DNA of 64,000 nt from a virus. The position numbers and the translations under genes were made by a program. This document shows positions 1-9,157 of the stretch, piece after piece. The notes beneath the pieces were generated by a model. The model did no database searches, had not been told where the DNA came from, and worked only from the letters and a program-made list of their open reading frames with translations. The stretch lies in IMG/VR virus record IMGVR_UViG_3300046170_000289. One strand, given 5' to 3'. Positions within the stretch are counted from its first letter, which is position 1, and each line of letters starts with the position of its first letter.

Positions 1-188
1 CACCGTGAAATCTTTTTGTTGCCTGTCGGTTTCCAACTTATCAAATACATCTTCCCAGGTGATGTTACTTACATCAACTATTTTTTTTGACAGCTTTGCT
101 TGACTCATGGAGTTTCTTAACTGCTTTAACTACTGCGGGTGTCTCTTCCCATTCCCAGGTGTCTCCACCCTTCGCAATGAATTGTTTC

Positions 189-437
189 TTAGGCATTTTT
201 CTCCTCCTTTTTAGTTTTGAAGTAGAGTTTATAATACCTCTTCTTCATTTCATTGATAGTGTCCATGTCTTCTTTGAATCCCATATACTTGAGATGTTGG
301 GATGTACCTTCCATCTCACTAATGAGAAGTAGAAGACCCACCGCTGTGACAGGTCTCCCACCAAAGTCATAGGACCGCATGACTGAAGGATCAGTCAGGG
401 ACTTCTTCATAGTTTTCAATCCAATCACTGAGATCAA
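189..437 (-). CDS. hypothetical phage protein (82 aa)
   Basis: Minus-strand ORF packed in a co-oriented run downstream of gp5. Confidence 0.55.
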   Translation of the reverse strand: MISVIGLKTMKKSLTDPSVMRSYDFGGRPVTAVGLLLLISEMEGTSQHLKYMGFKEDMDTINEMKKRYYKLYFKTKKEEKNA

Positions 438-663
438 ATAAGATCGGATGACATCCCTCTAAGACCAAATAGTCCGACGAGGTGTAGAGATCATCCAACG
501 TATACTCTCGTGCAGTATCTGCATCGAGTTTGACTTCATCTAATTCACTCATGAATTTCGGTAACTCTTCAAATGTAAACGGCATACCCTGGATGAAATA
601 CATCTGGACTATACCTATGTCTTTCAAATGATGAAACGAGCTAGTGATCCGAATCTTATTCAT
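391..663 (-). CDS. hypothetical phage protein (90 aa)
   Basis: Acidic ORF packed against neighbours. Confidence 0.6.
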   Translation of the reverse strand: MNKIRITSSFHHLKDIGIVQMYFIQGMPFTFEELPKFMSELDEVKLDADTAREYTLDDLYTSSDYLVLEGCHPILFDLSDWIENYEEVPD

Positions 664-664
664 T

Positions 665-913
665 TTAGAAGTTTTGCGTCATTTCTCCTAGGGACTCTGC
701 GACATATGCACTGACCGCAGCGGGATCAGGCACAAATTCTTCAGGGTCTGGAATATTTATCTCAGACCCTTTGTCCTTGGTGACGAGAGGTGTCATCATA
801 CAAATACCGCCTGGATGGACGATTTTGATTGTATGTCCTCTCTCAACAAGGGAGAATACGAAGTCGAAGTTTGCCTGGACTTCGGCACAGTCTAATGTAA
901 TAATGCTATTCAT
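665..913 (-). CDS. hypothetical protein, Phd/YefM-like N-terminus
   Basis: ITLDCAEVQANFDFVFSLVERGHTIKI resembles the Phd pattern; ATGA overlap with upstream ORF. Confidence 0.55.
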   Translation of the reverse strand: MNSIITLDCAEVQANFDFVFSLVERGHTIKIVHPGGICMMTPLVTKDKGSEINIPDPEEFVPDPAAVSAYVAESLGEMTQNF

Positions 914-1101
914 GCGAGATAGGTAATTAGATCTTGGGGAATGTTTTCATTGAAGGAAACAATAGTCTCCTGAAAACCCTCGGCACCCTCTTCATCAAAC
1001 TTCCATTTGATAACCTCGTCCACACCCTCGTTGTCCATCATTCTGATGGTGCGTTGAGAGATGTTGACCCAGATGTGCTCAAGGTAGGTTTCGGTGTCCA
1101 T
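910..1101 (-). CDS. hypothetical phage protein (63 aa)
   Basis: First ORF after gp5; coupled to next ORF. Confidence 0.6.
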   Translation of the reverse strand: MDTETYLEHIWVNISQRTIRMMDNEGVDEVIKWKFDEEGAEGFQETIVSFNENIPQDLITYLA

Positions 1102-1132
1102 GGAAGCATGATGAAGACTTCCATATCATACA

Positions 1133-3862
1133 TCAATTTAGCAGTAATGGCAAGCCATAGACCTGATGGGGTCCGAGTCCGCAACCTGTTGCCATGTAAC
1201 CCGTGCCAACACCCGTGTGGATGAGACCAGTGGCAACCTGATTCAAGATGGCACCAGAGGGCACAAATTCAGCAATCACACCAGTAGGAGTTGCAATGAA
1301 GGTTGAGTGGACACCTGCTTGTGATCCCATGATGATGTCATTCATGGATGCAGGCATCGATGTGCCTAAGCAGATCCTAGTCTGTGTTGGTGGTGCAAGA
1401 CCAGGGATAGGAAGGTCAGTAGTGATATCAATGATCGCACCATTCACAAAGGTGAATTGACCAGACAGTGCTTTGAGTGGGTTGAATACTGCAACGATCT
1501 CGAATCTACCACTGTTGAGGAAGGAAGAGATCCAGTTTGCTTCGTTAGTAATCTCACCAGATGCCACGTTTTCAATCGTGTTTGCTTCAGACTTAATAGT
1601 CTGAGCGTTGAATGCTAGTGAGTTAATACCAGTGATCTTAACCTTTGCACCCTGAATACTAACGTCACCAGTGTATGCAATGTCATGATCACCCTCTTTA
1701 CGAGATGCAGACTTCTGCTCTTTCTTATCTTCCAACTTACCTTCCAGTTGACTACCCCATGGCACTCTACCGTGAGCATCTGCCTCAGGATGGAAAGGAA
1801 TCTCATCAACAGGATAGAAGTGACCACCAGGCAATGCCTTGAAGTATTGATCACGCTCCTGTTGCTGAATGTGGACCATGTTAATCATGTCATTCTTCTT
1901 CTTGGTAGAAGACTTATCAGCACCAGCAGTATCAATAGAAGATGTAACGTCTGTGCCCTGTTGAGCAATCTTAGTTTGCTTAGCATCAGTACGATCAGTT
2001 ACTTTGATTGCCTGAGCATCAAGGTCACTCTTTGCTTGAGTCTTATCTGCCTTCTTACTTGATCCCTTAGACTTTGCTTGAGGACCCTGAGATGCGTTGT
2101 CATTCTTAGATCCTGTCACTTCCTCATGATAGTTACCCATGACTTTCAGATAGAAGTCACCCTCAACTGTCAACACATAGTTACCTTTAATGGTCTCACA
2201 CTTGTCCTTAGCAATGATCTTAGTCTCATTGTTAGGGACATTCTTGTGCTCGTTACCATGGGCATCTTGGAATGTAGAAACACCACCAGGACCCTGTTTG
2301 ATTTGCTTCTCAATACCAGGGGTGGCATCGTTGATCTCCTTAGCACCATTTAGTTGGGTAACAACCTCCATGAGGTTTGTATTGATGCCAGTAAACATCT
2401 TATCGATGTAACTACCACTACCACCTTTACCAGTGATACCATCATCAAAACTAGAGAATGGTGTGCCAACGATTGCTTCATTAATATTGCCACATTCCGT
2501 GGTCCCGATCAACGGATACCACGCCTTTGATTTCGGTCGTTTAATCTTCCTCCCGCAATCCTTCTTGAAGAACATGCTGAGGAGAGCAAACAGAAGTTTG
2601 ATCAAACCTGCCCAGTTAAGAGAAGTAAAGTCAAACTCAAAGATCGATGTTACTGCATCTCCAAGTGATCTTGCTGCTCCAGCAATACCCTTTGCCATAT
2701 CAACAGCAGCAATCACGTCTCCAGCAATATCTTTAACGCGATTCATCGTCTTAGTGATACCACTAAGGATACGATTCGTAACACCCTTAACAGCAGAGTC
2801 AACACCCTTAAGTTTATCAGCAATCTTATCTACAATCTGCGTCGCTATATTATTAGCGAACGCAGAGACATCCGATATTGCGGCTTGCACTAGCCCCAAC
2901 CACATCGGTTTCTTCATGCAGAAGATATCAAAGATCATCTCAAGAAACATCATGATTGTGTTGATCACAACCAGAGGGACGAAACTAGAAATGATTTGCA
3001 CAATCTTACCAACAACCTCAGCAATGAGTTTGGCAAGCATTTCCTTCAGTGGTGCAAGAATACCAGCGATACCACCAGCAAGGAAATTCATGATCTTACC
3101 CATGTGCTCCATCACCTTATCGCCTGCAACCTTCTTACCCGTTGCAAGGGAGATGAATCCAGAAGGACCACTAGCAAGAGTCGCTGCCATGTTACCGAGC
3201 TCAGTCAGCTGACGCTCTAGGTCAATCGAGAATCCTTCACCACCAGCACCAGCAACACCATCAGCAATCGATTGCTTCTCTACAGGAGGTTTAGCAGGAT
3301 TGGTAACAGCATTACCAGGCAGAGTTTCTTCAGCAGCAGAGATAGCACCGCGTGCTTCTTCACCACCTGCCTGCCCAGGTTGTGTAGGCGTGGATGTCTG
3401 CTTCTTCGGCATTGGATTGCCGTCGTTTCTTTCGTTACCTGCTAAGTCTTTTTTCTGAGGTGAATCAGTTTTCAACTCTTCTGCAACTGTGCCATCAGCA
3501 GCAGTCGTTTTCTTCTTAGGATCTTCCTTTGTTTGGAATCCACGGAATGCACCCATGACAATAGGCAACTGTGCCTCATCACCATCAAGGAAGAATCCCA
3601 TGACCCATGCGCCAGGTTGCAACCCAGTGGTGGATCCAGTACTTTTAATCTGTGCCTTATCACATGGCAGCAAGACCTGTGCCCAGGGCAGCACTTCTGT
3701 AGGCAGCTCTTTGGTGTATGCCTGCTTTGCCTTGTGACCAGTATACCAACCAAGAATACGCACTTGGACACGACCGATCTCAGAGGGGTCCTTGATATTC
3801 TCAACTTCCCCGATCCACCAAGTGTAACCGTCCCTTCCTAGGTAATCAGTGCGTTCTCTCAT
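1133..3862 (-). CDS. gp5: baseplate hub/spike protein gp5 (OB-fold N-terminus)
   Basis: WWIGEVENIKDPSEIGRVQVRILGWY..LPWAQVL..GAWVMGFFLDGDEAQLPIVMG is the T4 gp5 OB domain; later beta-helix-like repeats (ETIKGNYVLTVEGDFYLKVMGNYHEEV). Confidence 0.9.
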   Translation of the reverse strand: MRERTDYLGRDGYTWWIGEVENIKDPSEIGRVQVRILGWYTGHKAKQAYTKELPTEVLPWAQVLLPCDKAQIKSTGSTTGLQPGAWVMGFFLDGDEAQLPIVMGAFRGFQTKEDPKKKTTAADGTVAEELKTDSPQKKDLAGNERNDGNPMPKKQTSTPTQPGQAGGEEARGAISAAEETLPGNAVTNPAKPPVEKQSIADGVAGAGGEGFSIDLERQLTELGNMAATLASGPSGFISLATGKKVAGDKVMEHMGKIMNFLAGGIAGILAPLKEMLAKLIAEVVGKIVQIISSFVPLVVINTIMMFLEMIFDIFCMKKPMWLGLVQAAISDVSAFANNIATQIVDKIADKLKGVDSAVKGVTNRILSGITKTMNRVKDIAGDVIAAVDMAKGIAGAARSLGDAVTSIFEFDFTSLNWAGLIKLLFALLSMFFKKDCGRKIKRPKSKAWYPLIGTTECGNINEAIVGTPFSSFDDGITGKGGSGSYIDKMFTGINTNLMEVVTQLNGAKEINDATPGIEKQIKQGPGGVSTFQDAHGNEHKNVPNNETKIIAKDKCETIKGNYVLTVEGDFYLKVMGNYHEEVTGSKNDNASQGPQAKSKGSSKKADKTQAKSDLDAQAIKVTDRTDAKQTKIAQQGTDVTSSIDTAGADKSSTKKKNDMINMVHIQQQERDQYFKALPGGHFYPVDEIPFHPEADAHGRVPWGSQLEGKLEDKKEQKSASRKEGDHDIAYTGDVSIQGAKVKITGINSLAFNAQTIKSEANTIENVASGEITNEANWISSFLNSGRFEIVAVFNPLKALSGQFTFVNGAIIDITTDLPIPGLAPPTQTRICLGTSMPASMNDIIMGSQAGVHSTFIATPTGVIAEFVPSGAILNQVATGLIHTGVGTGYMATGCGLGPHQVYGLPLLLN

Positions 3863-3883
3863 TTGAATAATAATTCCGTATGA

Positions 3884-4351
3884 TTATTTATCGAGTAATA
3901 CGAATTGGAATTCACCTTCCGCTTCAGGTTTACCCCATGCTTGCTTATCTGTTTCAGTATCCCATCCTTGATCCAAGGATCTATAGTCTAATCCGTTGAA
4001 TCGAATCCTAGACTTAATTAAAAACTTACCTACCTGACACCAACCATCAGGAATACCTGTCCACCATTTACCGTCCCACGTCCATACAAAAGGACAACTG
4101 TCCTCTGTGCTCAAGTAGTTGTAGATATCTGTCTTAACAGTATCCTCAGTAAACTCGGTGATCCTATATCTCAACCAATTATACGGTTCTTTCTCACCTT
4201 TATACTTGTACCAGGACTTGGATTCAAAAACTCCAGATGATGTCTGCCAAATCCTGATATCTATCTGTGGCCATTGAGAGGGATTACTCTGTGCCTGCAG
4301 TTTATTACGATAATGCCCATATAAGAGCTCTTCAAAGTTATTCATTTTCAA
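3884..4351 (-). CDS. cpeT: CpeT/CpcT-like phycobilin lyase-family protein
   Basis: GHYRNKLQAQSNPSQWPQI..SKSWYKYKGEKEPY matches cyanophage CpeT-like proteins. Confidence 0.75.
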   Translation of the reverse strand: MKMNNFEELLYGHYRNKLQAQSNPSQWPQIDIRIWQTSSGVFESKSWYKYKGEKEPYNWLRYRITEFTEDTVKTDIYNYLSTEDSCPFVWTWDGKWWTGIPDGWCQVGKFLIKSRIRFNGLDYRSLDQGWDTETDKQAWGKPEAEGEFQFVLLDK

Positions 4352-4389
4352 CCCTTACATGGTTATTATAATAATTTATTCTATGTTTG

Positions 4390-4617
4390 TCAATCCTCGT
4401 AAACTAGACACTCAGGCTCTGAGGGATTTTGATCACAGTAGAGCTCAAGGTATGTGGGATCGTGATGATCTCCTGCCTCAATCTCTTTCTTGTGATGCTC
4501 AACATAATCCTCCAATTCATGCAATTCGCCCTCAATGTGACGACGTTGATTCGGAGAGATCATAGGGTTATCTAGAATCTCTTTGTCCTTTTCGATGTGC
4601 TTTTCGATACTTTCCAT
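4390..4617 (-). CDS. cp12: CP12 Calvin-cycle inhibitor
   Basis: C-terminal LELYCDQNPSEPECLVYED, the CP12 Cys-pair motif. Confidence 0.92.
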   Translation of the reverse strand: MESIEKHIEKDKEILDNPMISPNQRRHIEGELHELEDYVEHHKKEIEAGDHHDPTYLELYCDQNPSEPECLVYED

Positions 4618-4622
4618 TTCAG

Positions 4623-5993
4623 TTACTTGTTGGGAATTGAGTCTCTAATCAAAAGCAATTCAGAAGTGCAACCCTTCTTGGTGTAGGTAAACGTATGGGC
4701 AGCAATGAGATACTTTCCACTGAATTTCCTATCTCTAGTAACTTTCTTTCCCTTCTCGCGAGATCCAGGAATGATAAGTTTGATAATGTCCCCCGCACAG
4801 AGTGCGGTGTTTCCAGGTACCTTAATGGTTAACTGAATTGCTTTCATTAAATTATATCTAGCCGCTGCGTATTCTGCAACTGCTAATGTGTCGAAGGATT
4901 GAGTCCCATTGTCAGGATCTCCTTTCGGTTGACCCCTGTCACCCTGCTGATGGGCAAGGGCTGGAATGATTCTCATCTTCTGTCTCGTGGGAGATGCGCC
5001 ATCACCCTTGACTTCCTCGGGCATGTCAAAAGGTGGTGCCGTTTCTAGAGTCTTTGCTCTTCCAAAGACTTTATCAAACGCTGTCTCTCTAGCAGGGTAT
5101 ACCGTGCCTGAGGGTGCGCTCTTCTTGCCACTACTACCGCCTGACTGTGTTGTATTATTCAACGTAGGAATAGACATACAGATACCAGTAGTAACTGTTT
5201 TGTATGTGCCCAATCTCATATGTCTGAGATGATTTGCCTTGTCAGGATATTGAATAGATTCAATATTGTAGTAACCAGGGTCTCCTTCTTCTAATTGACC
5301 CTGCTGTTTGTATGTATATGTAAATTCAAACCCTTGCTCACAGAGCATATCAATAGACTTGAAGTGATATCCTTTCTGAGTCTCAAAGAATAAGAATCCA
5401 GATTGCTTCGCATCACCCTTACCACCTGTCACCCTAGTAACCTTGTCAGAGACGTATGAGATAAGGTCTACAGGTCTCCAGTTAGGAGACACAACTATAA
5501 TTCTAGAGTGATTCTCAAAATTCTCTTCCTTAAGTCTCTTGCCAGGTGCTTTCAGGTATTTCTTACAGACGTGCTTGGGAATGTTGTCAACGTCCTTAGC
5601 TCCACCCTCATCGATAGGACCGAATGCTTTGAAAACTTTATTCAACTCATTGTTATACATCTCTGGTGAGCAGCAGAAGAGTTTATACATCTGCCCTCTT
5701 TCAGACTTGATGATGTCACCAATCTTGTAGACTCTAAAGTCTAACTTCAACTCACCTTTACCATCTGAGGATAACGTCTTAAGGTTGACCGAGACTTCTT
5801 CACCACCTTGCAGATTCAAGTTGAAGTCAATCGAGTCAATCATCGTAAGCTCAATACGTACGAATGGTGCCTCAATAGACTCATAGTAGAGAAAGTTTCC
5901 CACCATATCCTTGAGATCATACTCTTTCTCATCCCTGATAGTCTTCAGAGTAATCTTATTACACTTGAATTCTCTGGACTGATTTTCTGCCAT
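4623..5993 (-). CDS. baseplate hub protein (gp27/phage late-control D-like)
   Basis: Position between tape-measure-like genes and gp5; YYESIEAPF, GFLFFETQKGYHFKSID, VPGNTALCAGDII, FSGKYLIAAHTF motifs. Confidence 0.6.
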   Translation of the reverse strand: MAENQSREFKCNKITLKTIRDEKEYDLKDMVGNFLYYESIEAPFVRIELTMIDSIDFNLNLQGGEEVSVNLKTLSSDGKGELKLDFRVYKIGDIIKSERGQMYKLFCCSPEMYNNELNKVFKAFGPIDEGGAKDVDNIPKHVCKKYLKAPGKRLKEENFENHSRIIVVSPNWRPVDLISYVSDKVTRVTGGKGDAKQSGFLFFETQKGYHFKSIDMLCEQGFEFTYTYKQQGQLEEGDPGYYNIESIQYPDKANHLRHMRLGTYKTVTTGICMSIPTLNNTTQSGGSSGKKSAPSGTVYPARETAFDKVFGRAKTLETAPPFDMPEEVKGDGASPTRQKMRIIPALAHQQGDRGQPKGDPDNGTQSFDTLAVAEYAAARYNLMKAIQLTIKVPGNTALCAGDIIKLIIPGSREKGKKVTRDRKFSGKYLIAAHTFTYTKKGCTSELLLIRDSIPNK

Positions 5994-8900
5994 TACATTA
6001 AGTTACTAAGGGTTGAGTTAAACTCAGTGAGGACACCGAATTTGGGCATCAAGAAGTCGTCAGCATCATTCTTATCTGGACCTGGAATAATGATCTCATT
6101 ATCATCACCACCCATGATAGGTGCTTCACTCTTCTCCATAACAAGAGGTTGCATTGCTGCATCACGTTGGGCAGTCAATGCCTTCAGGTTATCTAGCTTA
6201 CTTTCAGACTTCTGCTGCTGAGCATCCTCTACTTTGGTGCCACTGGTATTAGTAGTCGTAGCCTTACCTAATTCTGTAAGACCTTTCTTAAGGGCACCAC
6301 CATCTCTTTTACCATCCACCTCTTTACCAAAGAGTCTATCGAGGATATCATCAGCAGATTCTCCTTTCTTCTCTGTATCTGTCTTTGTTTCTGCTGCTGC
6401 TTTTTCTTCCTGACGCTCTTTCTCAGTGATAACAGCATCCTTCATGGTCTCAGGTGCTGCAAACTCATTATCAGCGCCAGGTTTGACAGACATCTTAGTT
6501 ACAGGGTCAATCTGATAACCCTCTGCTGCTGCTCTCGCTGCATTCTGATCACTAGCACCTTCTGATTTATGATCTTGATATGATTTGTTAAACCAGTATG
6601 CAGTATCTGCCTGTGGGTGGATCTTAATCTCACTGATATTTGCTGGTGTAGATCTTCCCCTCTTACCTGTACTAACCCTATGCCTATTGGCAATGTCAGT
6701 CTTCAGACCACCTGAATTCATTACTGCCTTGAATTCTGGAGAGTCAGGTTTAACACCCTGTCTCTCTTCACCCATGCCCATGACTCCTGCCTTTGTCCTC
6801 TTGGACATGCTCTTGATATTAATCTTGGCATCTTTAGGCGATCCTTCAAAACCATAAACCACATAGTATGACTTGTCATTTAAGACAACTCTACTTGCTT
6901 TGAAACTATCCTTCTTATACTTCTCAGGATCAAACTTACCACCAGAAGAAAACTTAGGTAAGAATCCACCCTTAGAGAAAGGCATAGTGTATCCACCACG
7001 GGATGCCTCACCCATTCTTTGTCCTGTAAGACCAGGATTCATTCTAGTTGCAGGAGTATCAAATGGCACAACAAATGCACCACCACCTGCGAATCCCTTC
7101 ATACCTACCCACTCAGTGCCATGACCGATGAATGAGGTTGTAGCACCACCATCCAGTGACACAGGATAACCTGATTGTGGACCTTGAATCCATCCACCCA
7201 TGGATGCCTTAGGTAAGACACCACCCTCAGAGAATCCAAAGAAGTTACCAACAGCGCCCAGGATACCTCCTGCTACTGCCTTCACACCCTTGAAGATAGG
7301 ATGCTCTACGATTGCTTTGAATAGTTTACCAATCAGTGAGATAGTGCCATCATCACCAGCAATTGCTTCTAGGAGTTTCTCTTCCCAGGTAACTCCTGGA
7401 TCATCTTTTGCTTTTCCTTTATCTTCACCCTTCATATCTTCTTTATTGGAAGCACTACCACCAATAACAGAAGTCGATACACCAAAGATCTTAGCAAGAG
7501 GTGCGATCATTGCACCTAGCATGTTTCTAATAGGTGCGGGGAGGAATGCTCCGAATACTTTACCAATACCACCGATGGCAGTCATAATGCCAACACCCAG
7601 TGCTTTGAATGGGAGTTGCATCAACTGACCGAAAGCTCTAGCAACCTTCGCAGTCTTGCGAAGTTGCTTCGCCATCTCATCTTGCAGGTTAAATGACCCA
7701 CCAGATGCCATCTTAGGTTTGACCATCTTAGCGGTCTGGAAGGACCCTCCTGCCGCCTTACCTGACTTACTCTTCTCCTTATCTATCTCATCTGTCTTAG
7801 GTGCAAAGAATTTCAGCACCGTAGTCAGTGCTTTGATTCCCAGGAATAATGGTGCAAACATGACCTGGATACCAACACCCAGGATCTTACTGATCATTGG
7901 GAGGTGAGGTTGGATGAAGTCAAGCACCCCAGTCATTACCTTTCCAAGGATCTCAAAGAAACCACTCAGACTATCTTTAATAGGTGCCATCACCTGCTTA
8001 AAGACATCACCAATCATTCCGAAGAATCTACCGATTGGTTTGAAGATGGGTTCCATAAACCCACCGATTGCTTTACCTGCCTTACCACCAACGAATGCAC
8101 CAGCAGCACCACCGATCATCCCACCAAGGGGACCACCGAGCTTACTACCAATAGCTTCACCAACTAAGGCACCACCTGCTGTGCCTACACCAGCACCAAC
8201 TGCTTCACTCTGACTAGCACCAGCAGCTTTCTCGCCCAGGTATGCACCAACACCAAGACCACCAGCAACCAAACCCTTACCGAGTTTGGTGCCCATAAAC
8301 TTCTTAAGCTTGGCACCAGCTTGAGCTGCCTTACCAATGTTTAAGACACCTTTGATCAGACTGGTTACGACCCATCCGACAGTCTTAGCAGTCGCTAATG
8401 GATTCTTGAGGAATGCTATCCCCAGGAATATGGGAGCAGCAGACAGCAGGAACTGTCCTAATCCTATAATCCCTTTCAGAGATATAGGATTCTCCATAAA
8501 CTTCACCAGTCCATCAAACGCCGACCCCACTAGGAATGACGTTATCTTCCAGACAAACTTACCAATAGCAGCAAGTCCTTCTACAAGTTTCTGGACCTTA
8601 TCTGGATTCTTAGAGATCCAATCTAATGCAGCAAATCCAATGAAGAGCTTAAAGATACCACCTAAGAATCTAGCAATAGCACCAAGGAATCCACCGAAGG
8701 CACCTTTTGCTGCCTCCTTAAAATTCTGGACTACCTCAGATCCTGCCTTCTTTTCCTTCTTCTCGCTTTGATCTTCTGCCTCGTCTCTCTTCTTCTTTAA
8801 TTCTCTACGCTTCTCTTCAGCAGTTTTCTTCTTTTCTCTTGTTTCCTCTAACTTATCTGCAGCAACCTCTTGCTTCTTAGTAATATTGTCGCCTCTGATC

Positions 8901-9157
8901 TTAGCAGAGACGCGATCTTTCATCGCTTGAGTCATTGCCTCTACTTGGATAGCAATGCCATTCATCGATGCACCCAAGGAATTCATACCTGAGGTGATTT
9001 TCTTAAATGCCTTATCCTGATCCTTGACAATCTTACCTAACTCGTCAGCAGCAGTCAGGGCAGTAAACTTCTTGCCACCACCAGTACCCCTATAAGATAT
9101 CATCTTATAAAGTTTTGGTTTTGAGACCCTAGTTGATGGTGCTTTTGGTGATGCCAT
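5993..9157 (-). CDS. tape-measure-like / gp29-like tail protein (1054 aa)
   Basis: N-terminal coiled coil, Gly/Ala zipper (GGMIGGAAGAFVGG), amphipathic helical repeats. Confidence 0.65.
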   Translation of the reverse strand: MASPKAPSTRVSKPKLYKMISYRGTGGGKKFTALTAADELGKIVKDQDKAFKKITSGMNSLGASMNGIAIQVEAMTQAMKDRVSAKIRGDNITKKQEVAADKLEETREKKKTAEEKRRELKKKRDEAEDQSEKKEKKAGSEVVQNFKEAAKGAFGGFLGAIARFLGGIFKLFIGFAALDWISKNPDKVQKLVEGLAAIGKFVWKITSFLVGSAFDGLVKFMENPISLKGIIGLGQFLLSAAPIFLGIAFLKNPLATAKTVGWVVTSLIKGVLNIGKAAQAGAKLKKFMGTKLGKGLVAGGLGVGAYLGEKAAGASQSEAVGAGVGTAGGALVGEAIGSKLGGPLGGMIGGAAGAFVGGKAGKAIGGFMEPIFKPIGRFFGMIGDVFKQVMAPIKDSLSGFFEILGKVMTGVLDFIQPHLPMISKILGVGIQVMFAPLFLGIKALTTVLKFFAPKTDEIDKEKSKSGKAAGGSFQTAKMVKPKMASGGSFNLQDEMAKQLRKTAKVARAFGQLMQLPFKALGVGIMTAIGGIGKVFGAFLPAPIRNMLGAMIAPLAKIFGVSTSVIGGSASNKEDMKGEDKGKAKDDPGVTWEEKLLEAIAGDDGTISLIGKLFKAIVEHPIFKGVKAVAGGILGAVGNFFGFSEGGVLPKASMGGWIQGPQSGYPVSLDGGATTSFIGHGTEWVGMKGFAGGGAFVVPFDTPATRMNPGLTGQRMGEASRGGYTMPFSKGGFLPKFSSGGKFDPEKYKKDSFKASRVVLNDKSYYVVYGFEGSPKDAKINIKSMSKRTKAGVMGMGEERQGVKPDSPEFKAVMNSGGLKTDIANRHRVSTGKRGRSTPANISEIKIHPQADTAYWFNKSYQDHKSEGASDQNAARAAAEGYQIDPVTKMSVKPGADNEFAAPETMKDAVITEKERQEEKAAAETKTDTEKKGESADDILDRLFGKEVDGKRDGGALKKGLTELGKATTTNTSGTKVEDAQQQKSESKLDNLKALTAQRDAAMQPLVMEKSEAPIMGGDDNEIIIPGPDKNDADDFLMPKFGVLTEFNSTLSNLM

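Noticed and set aside
2433-3212. 259-aa plus-strand ORF and similar antisense ORFs across gp5 and the tape-measure genes
   Set aside because: Shadow frames of strongly biased minus-strand genes; no RBS or recognisable motifs
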